A program made the translations under genes and the position numbers. Shown piece after piece: positions 32,575 through 43,188 of a stretch of DNA of 64,000 nt. This DNA comes from Nitrospirales bacterium. Its GTDB lineage: Bacteria > Nitrospirota > Nitrospiria > Nitrospirales > UBA8639. How positions within the stretch are numbered: position 1 is the stretch's first letter; each line of letters begins with the position of its first letter. Location: positions 1,632,001 through 1,696,000 of the forward strand of contig CBDBCZ010000019.1 of NCBI GenBank assembly GCA_965203295.1, in the 5' to 3' direction. Below the pieces are notes generated by a model that searched no databases, had not been told where the DNA came from, and was given only the letters and a program-made list of their open reading frames with translations.

Positions 32575-33438
32575 ATGTCACAAGACTTTGACAAACTTCG
32601 CGACGTCGTTTCTCATCTCCGTGGGCCAAATGGTTGTCCTTGGGACCGAAAACAAACTCATGAATCTCTCAAACCTCATCTCATAGAAGAAGCCTATGAA
32701 GTGGTGGATATCATCGATCATCAAGACCCCAGACTCCTTCGTGAAGAATTAGGTGACTTGCTACTCCAGATTCTGCTCCATTCCAAAATTGAAGAAGAAC
32801 AAGGCATCTTTACGATTGAAAACGTCCTAGCAGATCTCTCCCAAAAACTCATCAGACGTCACCCTCATGTCTTCAACCAATCCGAAGTTGCAGCTCACGA
32901 TCTGACTCCTGATCATGTTGCCAGTCAGTGGGAAACCATCAAAAAAGCCGAACGGACGGAAAAAGGCAAGCCAGATTCTGTTCTAGATGGCATCCCTTCG
33001 ACATTACCGAGTTTATTACGGGCCTATCAGATTCAATCACGAGCCTCTCGAGTGGGGTTTGATTGGGAAAAACCGCAGCAGATTGTCGAGAAACTCAACG
33101 AGGAATTGGAGGAATTGCGAGAGGCTGTGGCATTCCAGGAGAAGCACTGTTCTTCGAATCCGGACAAGGGCTATGATGCTGTTGGTCATGACTTGATCGA
33201 ACAGGAGTTCGGGGATGTTCTTTTTACAGTCGCAAATTTAGCCCGATTCCTCAGAGTCAATCCGGAAATTGCACTTCGGAAAACCACGAATCGATTTATT
33301 CAACGCTTTCGATTTATGGAATCCCAAGCTGTCCAACATCAAAAAATGTTGGAAGACCTCACGGCATCAGAATGGGATACGTGGTGGGAAGAAGCAAAAC
33401 GCCAAGAACAGCTTCCAACGGGAGAGAGAGAAGCATAA
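32575..33438 (+). CDS. mazG: Nucleoside triphosphate pyrophosphohydrolase
   Basis: GCPWDRKQTHESL, EEAYE, EELGDLL, RRHPHVF, GFDW, EFGDVLF. Confidence 0.95.
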   Translation: MSQDFDKLRDVVSHLRGPNGCPWDRKQTHESLKPHLIEEAYEVVDIIDHQDPRLLREELGDLLLQILLHSKIEEEQGIFTIENVLADLSQKLIRRHPHVFNQSEVAAHDLTPDHVASQWETIKKAERTEKGKPDSVLDGIPSTLPSLLRAYQIQSRASRVGFDWEKPQQIVEKLNEELEELREAVAFQEKHCSSNPDKGYDAVGHDLIEQEFGDVLFTVANLARFLRVNPEIALRKTTNRFIQRFRFMESQAVQHQKMLEDLTASEWDTWWEEAKRQEQLPTGEREA

Positions 33439-33459
33439 AGCACAAAAAAGAATCACACC

Positions 33460-34092
33460 ATGGAAGATTCTGAAAAGTCCGAACAGACAGGGAAGCGCGT
33501 AGGGCTCCATCCTATTTTTGTGGTCTTTGGGATCATCATCGGTTTATGGATATTTGTGCAAGCCATTATTCCTGACTCAAAAAAGGTTCAACCCCCGCAG
33601 GAGAGCACCGCGCAATCTACTGATTATTCTCTCTTGGAGGAAGCGAGTTCAGCGTTGGTCCCGCACTTCAACGTGTCGGCCAGAATTCCAGACATGAATG
33701 CCGTCGGCATTTTGGTTCACGAGAAAACAACGGACACACAAATTGTCGCGTTATTAAAACTTTTTCGTGAATCACGCCAAGATAGAAGCCTGGCAACGTT
33801 GGTCCCACCTACGACCCCGGGAGACGAGCTCGACAATTTTGCCATTGCTGATATCTATATCTTCTCTGACCCACAATATGCGGTGAAAGATGCCATTCAA
33901 ATCCTGGCGGTCGGCGCGCATGCGCCCGGAGAGTTTTATTCGCCTTCAATCCCATTTGAAGTAGCAATGGAACAAGTTCGTGGCCACTATGTTGTGGACT
34001 TAAACAATAAGGTTAATCCTGAAGAAGCGTCTTTGGGATTTGCAGATAAAGCGACGGGGTTATATTCGAAACGGTATCAGAAGTTGTTTTGA
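33460..34092 (+). CDS. Hypothetical membrane-anchored protein
   Basis: 210 aa; single N-terminal TM segment; follows mazG. Confidence 0.7.
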   Translation: MEDSEKSEQTGKRVGLHPIFVVFGIIIGLWIFVQAIIPDSKKVQPPQESTAQSTDYSLLEEASSALVPHFNVSARIPDMNAVGILVHEKTTDTQIVALLKLFRESRQDRSLATLVPPTTPGDELDNFAIADIYIFSDPQYAVKDAIQILAVGAHAPGEFYSPSIPFEVAMEQVRGHYVVDLNNKVNPEEASLGFADKATGLYSKRYQKLF

Positions 34093-34150
34093 TAGCTAGA
34101 GAATGATGAAAACGGTTGGGAATTCTTGAAGGAGAGTATTGGTCAACGAA

Positions 34151-34558
34151 TTAAATGCCAATGCTTTGCTTAATCTCTTGACGCAGTTTTTCACGTTGCT
34201 CCTGCATCCACGCTTCTAACTTCGGGAAGAGGTGAGACAACACACCATCAAATGGATCAATCATCACATCTCGTCTTTCCTCAAACATTTCTTCTTCGTT
34301 GGCAATGTTGATTTTCTTCTCGGCAATGGCGCGCGCCAATAACTGATTCACTCGCAGTTGTTGACCTGGTGAGCCCCCTGACAACTCCAATATTTCTGTC
34401 TTAAAATGTTCGAGCTCTTCCTGAAGAGCCACTTTAACTCGAACGCCTTGTGGTGTGGCCCAAGTCGGTCGATCGACAGAATAATCGAAGGAAAGAACTG
34501 GTTCTCGTGGTTCCCGGTAGGGACCCATCACATTCAAGACGGTAAATGGCTGGGCCAT
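34151..34558 (-). CDS. Hypothetical protein
   Basis: 135 aa with GAGGTG RBS. Confidence 0.7.
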   Translation of the reverse strand: MAQPFTVLNVMGPYREPREPVLSFDYSVDRPTWATPQGVRVKVALQEELEHFKTEILELSGGSPGQQLRVNQLLARAIAEKKINIANEEEMFEERRDVMIDPFDGVLSHLFPKLEAWMQEQREKLRQEIKQSIGI

Positions 34559-34601
34559 TATCTCACCTCTCCGCTTATTTCAATAACATCAGGAAACATG
34601 A

Positions 34602-35198
34602 TTACGACCGGGAACCGATTTGAATGATTTGGACTGACCCCTCTCCCTGTGTCGGGCCCTGCCATTGTTGGAGTCCACCAAGTATATTGTAGAGATTGTC
34701 ATATCCTTGCCGACTGAGAAAATCACAAGCCAACCGGCTTCGGTCCCCCTCTGCACAATAGACGAAAACCTTTTTTAGATGTTTAGGGATCTCTGATTGG
34801 TAAAGGTTTTCCAATTCTTGAAACGGAACTAACTTGGCATCAGGAATGTGCTGAGTGGAAAACTCCTTCGCCGTGCGAACATCGATAATCAGAAAACTTG
34901 GAGAAGGCGATTGTTCCTCGGCTTGGATAAGTGCCTGAGCCTCTTCAGCCGTGATATCCCGATACAATCGTCCACTACGAATGAGGTCGTCGGACACAGG
35001 AATCCCCGAAGCGACTTTAGCCAACTGAACACGGAGAAGATCAACACTATCTGATGCATTTTTTGAGATTTCTTTTAGTTTACTCTCGATGTAGTAATGG
35101 TTTCGTTTCAGTTGATCAACTTCACCTGTTAATTTGATCATACGCCAATAAAGAAACCCGACGATCGTGAGTGTGAATAACGCCAAAATCCACATCAC
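34602..35198 (-). CDS. Membrane-anchored rhodanese-domain protein
   Basis: IIDVRT..EF...HIP, YCAEGDRS, GGLQQW. Confidence 0.85.
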   Translation of the reverse strand: MMWILALFTLTIVGFLYWRMIKLTGEVDQLKRNHYYIESKLKEISKNASDSVDLLRVQLAKVASGIPVSDDLIRSGRLYRDITAEEAQALIQAEEQSPSPSFLIIDVRTAKEFSTQHIPDAKLVPFQELENLYQSEIPKHLKKVFVYCAEGDRSRLACDFLSRQGYDNLYNILGGLQQWQGPTQGEGSVQIIQIGSRS

Positions 35199-35316
35199 TA
35201 TGTACCCCCTTCAACCTCTGCTTTGGCAAAATAGCTGAATCACAAAACGCCCCCTGTTTCAGCCTTGGACTTTTCAGGGAGGGGAAGAATCTTCAACTGG
35301 AGGGGTGGTGAGAAAG

Positions 35317-35393
<77 letters not shown>

Positions 35394-35400
35394 ATTCTTA

Positions 35401-36521
35401 TCAATTTCCGACAACTTCGGTCAGAGGCTGGAATGTCAGCCCATGAGCATCAGCCACGGCTTTATACGTAATGCGCCCTTGTTTCACGTTCAGACCTCGA
35501 GAAAGGCCTGAGCTCCTACTCAAAGCACTCTCCACTCCCGCATCAGCTAGTTGGACTATAATAAGGAAGTGTGGCGTGGGTCAAGGCCACCGTTGAGGTC
35601 TTGGGCACGATGCCAGGAATATTGGTAACCCCGTAATGTAATATTTCTTCAACGGAATAAATCGGATCGGAATGCGTAGTAGGACGAATGGTTTCCACGC
35701 AGCCTCCCTGATCAACGGCCACATCAACAATCACCGATCGGGCTTTCATGAGGGCGACAAGCCTACGGGAAACAAGTTGAGGGGTTCTCGCCCCTCTGAC
35801 CATGACAGCTCCTACTAGCAAATCTGCGGAAGGAACCACACGGTCAATCGCATCCTGCGTAGAATACAGGGTCGCAACCCCACCCTGGTAACGGTTCATC
35901 CAATTGACAAAGTTGTTCCAAATCAAGACTAATCATCGTCACTTGGGCTCCCAAACCCACAGCAATTCTTGCTGCAGCACTCCCCACAGTACCCGCCCCT
36001 AAAATGACCACATGTCCAGGAGGCACTCCAGGAACCCCACCCAGAAGAATCCCCTGTCCACCCTGCTCACGTTCTAAATAATGCGCTCCAATTTGGATAG
36101 CCATCCGTCCAGCAATTTGGCTCATCGGTTGAAGTATCGGAAGACCGCCTTTTTCATCTTCGGTCGTTTCATAAGCGATTGCCATACACCCGGTTGCAAG
36201 CAAAGCCTCTGTGACATTTCGATCTGCCGCTAAATGCAGGTAGGCAAATAACGTGTGTTGGGGTTGAAAGTACTGGCATTCCTCCACTAATGGATCTTTC
36301 ACTTTAATGATAAGGTTGGCGTGCTGAAACAATTCTTCTTTTGTGGAGGCGATGTGAGCACCCGCTTCAAGATAGGCGTCATTCGTAAATCCGCTTCCTT
36401 CTCCAGCGTTGACCTCTAACCAAACGGTGTGTCCTCGCCGTGTCAGTTCAGAGACGCCTCCAGGCGTCAAACCAACCCGAAATTCCTGATCCTTTACTTC
36501 CTTAGGTATTCCAATAATCAT
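35401..36521 (-). pseudogene. ald: Alanine dehydrogenase with two frameshifts (near 35893 and 35560)
   Basis: IGIPKEVK..E.RV, YLHLAA, AGRMAIQ, GAGTVG; VDVAVDQGGC in a second frame; tail ...GLNVKQGRITYKAVA in a third frame. Confidence 0.9.
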
Positions 36522-36616
36522 AACGTCTCATCACACCCCGTAACCTGGACAGAAAAAGCATTCGTCCTGTAAGATCATTTTTTCTACTTATCCTTGTATT
36601 ATAACTCGAAATTGTC

Positions 36617-36982
36617 ATGAGTGGCTTTAAACATCATATTTTTGTGTGTCTGAACCAGCGTCCTAAAGGAGATCCTCGTGGTTGTTGTGCAGACCTGGGA
36701 TCGGAGAAGCTCCATGCCTTTTTCAAAAAGGAAGTGGAACGATTGGGATTGCGGGAAGTTGTGCGTGCCAATAAAGCTGGGTGCTTGGATCATTGCGAGT
36801 ACGGTCCCAGCGTGGTGATTTATCCTGAGGGAGTCTGGTATTGGGTTGGGTCGGAAGCTGATGTCACCGAGATCATGGAAAGCCATGTTGTGAATGGTGA
36901 AATTGTTGAGCGTCTCTTGATGCCAGGTCATGAGATTCCTTCCTTCAAGTTAGAATCCCGTGCCACACCAATTCCTCTATAA
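36617..36982 (+). CDS. Thioredoxin-like [2Fe-2S] ferredoxin
   Basis: HIFVC..R.....CC, GCLDHCEYGP, YPEGVWY. Confidence 0.9.
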   Translation: MSGFKHHIFVCLNQRPKGDPRGCCADLGSEKLHAFFKKEVERLGLREVVRANKAGCLDHCEYGPSVVIYPEGVWYWVGSEADVTEIMESHVVNGEIVERLLMPGHEIPSFKLESRATPIPL

Positions 36983-37048
36983 GGCCTCAATCAGACCTTC
37001 CCAATAATGACGGAGATCCAAATCAGCTAATAAGTACTTTTTTCATTA

Positions 37049-37339
37049 ATGCGTCGACCGAACAACATACTCGAACTATTCTCAGGAGCCTTGTTTGAAG
37101 GAGTAAAGCCTATGATGGTCACTCGGGATCATTTGGTCCGTCATCCAGATCGTTGCACGCATAATGCCGTCTGTATACCAGTCTGCCCGACGGGAGCCTG
37201 GCTCTCAACCCCACCCTATAAGTTTGATGAATCTCGTTGCCTAGAGACATGTCGAGTCTGTCTCGATGCATGCCCGACTCAAGCCATTTACGCCGTCTTT
37301 AAGAAAGGCGAGAAAGTAGTTCTTCCTCAAAAAGAATAA
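37049..37339 (+). CDS. 4Fe-4S ferredoxin-like protein
   Basis: CTHNAVCIPVCP and CLETCRVCLDACP. Confidence 0.8.
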   Translation: MRRPNNILELFSGALFEGVKPMMVTRDHLVRHPDRCTHNAVCIPVCPTGAWLSTPPYKFDESRCLETCRVCLDACPTQAIYAVFKKGEKVVLPQKE

Positions 37340-37344
37340 CCGTT

Positions 37345-38385
37345 CTATCCCATAGCCTTCCGAAAGTGCCCCCAGTAGGCCGTCCCGACATATCCACATC
37401 CTCCAGAGAGAGTGGTCGAGGCCAGAATGCGGTAAACCTGCCATCGGGGAATTTTTAAATTTTGATCAGGATCTAACAAGTTCTCCGTTGTGCTCAATAA
37501 CTGTAGAGTTTTGAGCCCGATGAGGATAGGCCACATACAAGCTAAGCGCAGCCTGACTTCTGCACGAGGAATGGAAAGAGTATACAGCCATCCCTGATCC
37601 AAATGATCCAACGCAATGCCTATCAGTTTTTGAAGCACAGGGTACAGTTTCTTCCTATTGCGCTTATCAAGAAGATCCTGCGGTTCAAGACCGACTTGTC
37701 GCAAATCCGAGATCGGAATATAGCATCGTCCTCGCCGAAGATCCTTAGACAAGTCCTTTAAAATATTCGTGAGCTGTAATCCTTTTCCAAAGCGAATACC
37801 AGCACGAATTTTAGATTCCAGATCCCAAACACGCATTCGGGGTAAATGCGCGCGCATCACATTGGTCCAATATTCGCCCACACAACCAGCAACAGAATAC
37901 GTATAGTGATCCAATTCGGCGAAAGAAGGTAATGCCGTCAGCGTGGATTCCGAATCACCAGGGAAGACCGTAAGGTCCATTTCCATCCCACCGATCAACA
38001 TGGGAAGGAGATTCCGAATAGCTTGTTGATCATCAGGCTGAAGTTCTTGAAACATGTGAAAGTACGGCTCTAAGTTTTCTAACAATGCCCGCTCACCTAG
38101 ATGGCTTTGTAAGGGAGCCATCATTGTTTGGACCGTACCTATTTCATTCCAGTTCAATTGTTCGTGAAGGAACTGAGACTTAAATTGTTGAAGGCGCATC
38201 AAGCGATCACTGCGTTCGATCTGTCCGGTATCCGCAATGGTATCGGCTGCACGAGCAAAGAGGTAAGCCAGCCCTACTTGTCGAGAGACAGCAGATGGGA
38301 GGATGGCCAAGGTCAGATAAAAAGAACGGGAGACCTTCTTCAGAATGTCCTGTAATAAATACTTCTCAGCAACCTTTTCGCTCAT
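37345..38385 (-). CDS. Squalene/phytoene synthase family protein
   Basis: VSRSF, ADTIAD, YTYSVAGCVG, LQLTNILKD...D...GRCYIP. Confidence 0.9.
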   Translation of the reverse strand: MSEKVAEKYLLQDILKKVSRSFYLTLAILPSAVSRQVGLAYLFARAADTIADTGQIERSDRLMRLQQFKSQFLHEQLNWNEIGTVQTMMAPLQSHLGERALLENLEPYFHMFQELQPDDQQAIRNLLPMLIGGMEMDLTVFPGDSESTLTALPSFAELDHYTYSVAGCVGEYWTNVMRAHLPRMRVWDLESKIRAGIRFGKGLQLTNILKDLSKDLRRGRCYIPISDLRQVGLEPQDLLDKRNRKKLYPVLQKLIGIALDHLDQGWLYTLSIPRAEVRLRLACMWPILIGLKTLQLLSTTENLLDPDQNLKIPRWQVYRILASTTLSGGCGYVGTAYWGHFRKAMG

Positions 38386-38397
38386 TATGTATTCATC

Positions 38398-38862
38398 TTA
38401 CTTTGCTTCAATGGAGCCTTCCATCCCTTCTTCACGATGACTGGGCATGAAGAGAAGTTGCTTATCACAATAAAATTGGTAGATGTCTGGTTGGGGTAAA
38501 GTAAATTGAATAGTTGCCTCTTCATCCCATTCTATCTCTTGTTCAACATGAGTCCCAGTTTGTGGGTTATCCAGGATGAAATTGTGTGGAACGAGAAAAG
38601 ACTCATTAACCAGAGTCAACTCAACAGGAGTTCCAGTAGAGACTTGCAGCTTCGAAGGAGCAAACACATAGCTTTCCATCCGAATAGTGGCCCGTTGAAC
38701 CCCATCCTGGGATACAGAAAGAACAAGAGGCGCATTATCTTGACCCTGCGAAAACCCCGTACCAGGCAGTGTCAATAGTATTGCGACGAACAAGACAATC
38801 CCGAAAAGGTAACAGCTTCTTAAAACATTGACAAAAAAAGAGCGGTGACGGATAGGTTTCAT
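38398..38862 (-). CDS. Secreted cupredoxin-domain protein
   Basis: Signal peptide; PHNF and FYC...SHREEGMEG. Confidence 0.8.
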   Translation of the reverse strand: MKPIRHRSFFVNVLRSCYLFGIVLFVAILLTLPGTGFSQGQDNAPLVLSVSQDGVQRATIRMESYVFAPSKLQVSTGTPVELTLVNESFLVPHNFILDNPQTGTHVEQEIEWDEEATIQFTLPQPDIYQFYCDKQLLFMPSHREEGMEGSIEAK

Positions 38863-38941
38863 GAATGTTGGCCCGGGAATCCTTTAGTGTATAAAGTCGA
38901 ATTTTACTAAAATAGCTTCAAATTTCATAATTCCGACCATA

Positions 38942-38980
38942 TTGACTCCTTGTAAAATGGTATTATAACTTAATAAGTTA
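38942..38980 (+). promoter_or_regulatory. Putative sigma70 promoter of htpX with overlapping palindrome
   Basis: TTGACT-N16-TATAAC; TAACTTA-A-TAAGTTA at 38966-38980. Confidence 0.4.
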
Positions 38981-39137
38981 AGAAAATTGTGGAGAAAAAG
39001 AGCTATTTTGATCTCATTGGTTTACCGATATAATAAACTAACAAGCACATCTTTCGCATTTCGATACACTAAATCGCAAAAAATTCAGAAGAAGACTGAC
39101 AGCTAAGCTGACGTAACAAAATTCAAGGAGGCAATCG

Positions 39138-40022
39138 ATGAAAAAACTCAAAGGTATTGGTCTTCTACTCGTAGCCAATATTCTTATATTTGCAACCCTC
39201 TCAATTACCTTCACCATACTGGCCGATATCGTTCTGCCATCTTTTGGAATCGACCTGAGGAGATCTATCAATCAAACGCAGTTGCTATGGGCCTTTGTCA
39301 TCGGATTTGGCGGTGCATTCATTAGTTTAGCCATGTCGAAGCAAATGGCCAGAGCCATGCTCCCATGCGTGCAAATCACGCAACCTCGCAATCAGGCAGA
39401 AATGCTGATCTATGAGACGGTACAAAAGATTTCACAACGGCTTCAAATCACTATGCCTGAAGTGTGGATCTATGAGGGCCCAGACCCCAATGCTTTTGCC
39501 ACGGGACCCACAAGGAACAATTCTATGGTGGCGGTCTCAACCGGGCTTTTGAACAATCTCAATGAAAATGAAGTCCGTGCCGTGTTGGCACATGAAATGG
39601 GCCACGTGTATAACGGCGATATGTTTACCACAACGGTCTTAGCCGGTCTCATGAACACGTTTGTCTATTTCATCAGCACCTGGGTGGCCCGACACGTCGC
39701 TGAGCGGAATTATTTCTTGTACATTGGAGTGTACTTCTTTCTAACAATCGTCCTTTCCTTCTTGGCGATGATTCCTATCAGTTGGTTTTCCCGACGCCGG
39801 GAGTTTTCAGCGGATAGTTTTGCGGCCAATACCGTTGGGAAGGAATACATGATATCGGCCTTGCAAGCCATTGACCGATGGGTCCAACGTGCCCAGTTTC
39901 AATACCAATCTGAAGATGCCTTAGCGACCATGAAGATATCTGGCCAAACCAGTAGCTTCATGCAACTCTTTTCTACACACCCACCCATCGAAGCCAGAGT
40001 GGCTGCTTTGCAACGGCTGTAA
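39138..40022 (+). CDS. htpX: Zinc metalloprotease HtpX
   Basis: PNAFATG, VAVSTGLL, HEMGH, SRRREF.AD, STHPP. Confidence 0.95.
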   Translation: MKKLKGIGLLLVANILIFATLSITFTILADIVLPSFGIDLRRSINQTQLLWAFVIGFGGAFISLAMSKQMARAMLPCVQITQPRNQAEMLIYETVQKISQRLQITMPEVWIYEGPDPNAFATGPTRNNSMVAVSTGLLNNLNENEVRAVLAHEMGHVYNGDMFTTTVLAGLMNTFVYFISTWVARHVAERNYFLYIGVYFFLTIVLSFLAMIPISWFSRRREFSADSFAANTVGKEYMISALQAIDRWVQRAQFQYQSEDALATMKISGQTSSFMQLFSTHPPIEARVAALQRL

Positions 40023-40043
40023 TAGTTTTCAATCGTAGTTAAT

Positions 40044-40082
40044 AACCAAAACGGGGCTCGATTTCCGAGCCCCGTTTTGGTT
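40044..40082. terminator. Bidirectional intrinsic terminator after htpX
   Basis: AACCAAAACGGGGCTCG-ATTTC-CGAGCCCCGTTTTGGTT. Confidence 0.85.
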
Positions 40083-40101
40083 CCGCTCTTCTAAGTTCCT
40101 C

Positions 40102-40143
40102 TCTAATGTTCTCGGTATCACTTCTAATGTTCTCAGTATCACT
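40102..40143. repeat. 21-bp tandem repeat at the islet boundary
   Basis: TCTAATGTTCTC(G/A)GTATCACT twice. Confidence 0.85.
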
Positions 40144-40217
40144 GCAGACCGTAATATGGCAGCTCAAAAAACACCGACTTTCAACTATTAAGCACCTCTT
40201 GTGCAAAGTGAAAACGA

Positions 40218-41132
40218 TTGAATCAGCAAGTCAAGGTAATTAAATGTACGCCCCAAGAAATACTCAAACTTCTTAAGAAAGCTCTTGAGTGGGCTCAGAT
40301 TTCTCGTGGTCGCTGCATAGAGTACAATAATCTTTTTACGCAGTTTACATTCAGCAATATACGCTCTCGCGAACACATCTTTGTTTATAATGAACTGGCG
40401 AACATCATTGAGATTTACGAACTCTAGAGAGAACATGTAAATGATTTTTCGGGCCTGAAACAAAAAATTACGGAAGTGCTAAGCAAAGGTCCCGTCTTGT
40501 CTGAAGATGAAAATCCCGATACTTCAAGTAATCGTCCTAGAAACGACGCATTCATGATTTTACTGGCCGGAAAACTGATTGCGGCAGGTATCTCCGTAAG
40601 ATCTGTTGAAGGTATCTCTCTTAAAAACACTTCAAGTGGGGAAGGCACGATCATGAGTGGCCAAGGGGTTCCAGATATCGTGGTCGAATGCGGAGGTACG
40701 CTTCTATCAATTGAGTGCAAAAGACCTCTGTCAAAGGATGCCATTACACGTCATCTCAGAGATGCCCACAAGCAACTCAGGGAGCAGGGAACACCGGGAA
40801 TAATTGCGATCGACTGCTCAGTGTCAATTCGACCATGGGAAACCATTCTCAATACGTCTTCGGAAGAAATGGCAACAGAATTTTTAATTCAGAGGCTAAT
40901 CGAGAAAGTACAACCACTTGTAGATCCACAGTTCACTCCAGCAATTGCCGGAGCCATTCTCTATGTCAGGGCTCCAGTCCATACTGTGCACGATGTCAGT
41001 ATCATCCTTAGCCCAACCGGGGACCCAATCACGACCTATCGACAGGATACAGCCTCTACGTTACTCTTTATAGGAAACGCCTCTTCACCAAACATGCCAG
41101 CATTTCGCTACTTGCAAAAACCTTTTACATAG
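40218..41132 (+). pseudogene. PD-(D/E)xK-fold hypothetical protein with in-frame TAG at 40425-40427
   Basis: ORFs 40218-40427 and 40476-41132 share a frame (EIYEL-TAG-REHV); PDIVV...IECKRP motif. Confidence 0.6.
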
Positions 41133-41200
41133 AAATCAATGGTGCTATCCCGCTGAAGTGACTTGCAGCATAGATAATAATTATATTCTTGAATTGAATT

Positions 41201-42016
41201 ATGCCCACTGACATCGACCAAAATCTCGTCAATGACGTGTAGGTTGTGGCAGCGAAGCTGGGCACACAAGTCCTGAGCCGTTCCGAGTACTTCCAACATG
41301 GTCAATTCTCACACTACCAAGTCTATGACGGCGGACATACTTGGGAAGATGTATGTAAAGCAGCAGGCTTGAATCATAAGAAAAAAGAACCTGTTTCAGA
41401 TGAAGAGTATTACAACCGATTGTCAGTCGCCATTGCGGAACTTGGTAGATACCCAAAAGCCTCGGAGCGGAAGAAATACGGACTCAGCTTCAGCAAGCGA
41501 CGTTATTCCACACTAATCGAATTCATCCGCAAAGCCATCGAGCTTGGGCGTGCGCCGAACCTGTTTGATGCCTTGCCGATTTTGGACGAAGAAGACAATC
41601 TCGACGTGCAACCACTTCAATCTGAAATGCTGCCAACCCCGACAAGAAAAAGGAAGCGCTTCGTTCCGCCAATTCCACTTCAAACCAACCGGACGAAATG
41701 GGAGCGCACTGGTGTGGACGGCTTCCCCTATGCACCCCACGACGAATTGGGCGTGGCGGCCTTGCTCGGAATACTCTGTTCGAAAGGAACCATCCGGTGG
41801 CAGATTTTGGAAATGAGGGGAAGTAAAGGAATCGACATCACCTGCTATGACGAAGTGATGGAGAAGAGTATCCGCGTGGAACTTAAATACACCCTCTCGA
41901 AAGGAAGTTGGAACCACAGAATCGAAGACTTGGACTTTGTTGTGTGTTGGGAAAACCGGTGGCCAGATTTCCCGAAGCCAGTCCTAGTCCTGAGCGAACT
42001 GATTAAGACAACATAA
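41201..42016 (+). pseudogene. Nuclease-like protein (homing-endonuclease-associated repeats plus restriction-like C-terminal domain), in-frame TAG at 41240-41242
   Basis: ATG 41201 MPTDIDQNLVNDV-TAG-VVAAKLG; TWEDVCKAAGL, LGRYP repeats; GIDI...VELK...DFVVCWE. Confidence 0.55.
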
Positions 42017-42258
42017 CTGGACCATTAACTGAAACTCTGCCGTTGTGTTTCTTTGTGCTCAGCGCATCCACACTTCAGCCCACTCCAGCTAGGCTCTGAA
42101 TGTTACTTAACCCTTTGCTGCAATGGATCTAAGTGCTGTAGCGATAGCTAAAGAAATAAAATCTGATGGGGCTAAGAGTCGCAGGCATAGACCGGAGTTT
42201 TCATGAAATACAGTAGTCTTTCCCGATACTCCGGTGGCATCATCACTGTTTCCACTCC

Positions 42259-42287
42259 TTGACAAAGAACCGCAGCGGTTCCACACT
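42259..42287 (+). promoter_or_regulatory. TA operon promoter with operator palindrome
   Basis: TTGACA-N17-CACACT containing GAACCGC-A-GCGGTTC. Confidence 0.5.
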
Positions 42288-42319
42288 AATACCATCGTTC
42301 AATTCTTCCTGAAGGTTCC

Positions 42320-42562
42320 ATGAAATCCCTAACTCTGAAAAACATTTCCGACGCGCTGTATGCACGGATCAAAAAGCGGGCTGCTGAACATCATCGAAGT
42401 CTCAATCAGGAAATCATAACCTGTTTAGAACATATCACCAGTAGCACGCCCATTGATGCCACTACTATCTTGGCCAAGGCGCGCGAATTGCGGTGTCAGA
42501 GTAAAGGTCCGCTTCTCACCGATAAACGGCTCGCGCAACTGAAAACCGCCGGGCGACGCTGA
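42320..42562 (+). CDS. Arc/FitA-like ribbon-helix-helix antitoxin
   Basis: SLTLKNISDALYARIKKRAAEHHRSLNQEII; tail KTAGR. Confidence 0.8.
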   Translation: MKSLTLKNISDALYARIKKRAAEHHRSLNQEIITCLEHITSSTPIDATTILAKARELRCQSKGPLLTDKRLAQLKTAGRR

Positions 42563-42697
42563 TTGTTGCCGATATATCTCCCCTATCTATCTCTTATTTC
42601 CCAAGCACGCGTACTTCCTAGGCAGAAAAAATTCTGAAACGTGATTTGTTGTGCCCCATTGCTCCGGCGCTCAGAGTTTTGTAATGCAATGACCCTT
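42559..42697 (+). pseudogene. VapC/PIN toxin remnant
   Basis: IVAD start region, AEKILKRD and CAPLLRRSEFCNA spread over frameshifts and a TAG; truncated. Confidence 0.65.
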
Positions 42698-43036
42698 TCA
42701 AGGGTGAGCGGCGACAAATTGAAGAGCCTCCGCAAAGGTCCGGTACTCGCGAAAATCAATCGGACCAGGGTCATGTGGAAGAGAGGTTCGTCCGAGAATG
42801 GCCGTGATGACACTCCTGTAGGCCGTATACCACCGGCAGGCTTTCGTAAAAGCTTCTTTGACTACGGGTTGATGTTGCCATGGTGTGAGATCCAGTTCCT
42901 CATTGATCAAAATTTCAACCCATAGCAGTCGTGCTGCCCGAGGAAATTGGAGGACTTCATCAAGTGATTGGACTCCGGCATAGGCTGGAAGGAGTTTCAA
43001 TTTGGAGACTGGGGTGGGGTTCTGTGCGTGGTTCAT
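42698..43036 (-). CDS. Hypothetical protein
   Basis: 112-aa ORF with protein-like composition. Confidence 0.6.
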   Translation of the reverse strand: MNHAQNPTPVSKLKLLPAYAGVQSLDEVLQFPRAARLLWVEILINEELDLTPWQHQPVVKEAFTKACRWYTAYRSVITAILGRTSLPHDPGPIDFREYRTFAEALQFVAAHP

Positions 43037-43188
43037 TGTTCAAGTTTAGAAGATCACCAAATTTCCGGCAAGTGTGGCCATTCTATAAGAAGCGCGACCG
43101 AGAAATGCTCAATACGATATATTCTGATCTTACAATCATCACCCTTTATGGCGGCCTGTTAAGATTTTATCCCAGAAAAGGGAAAACG

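Noticed and set aside
36599..36931. 110-aa minus-strand ORF
   Set aside because: Antisense to a clear 2Fe-2S ferredoxin
40102..40143. Possible CRISPR array
   Set aside because: Two adjacent units with no spacer and no cas genes; no CRISPR array seen anywhere in the window
42010..42110. Integron attC-like ACATAAC after the nuclease gene
   Set aside because: No matching GTTRRRY end or stem, and no integrase
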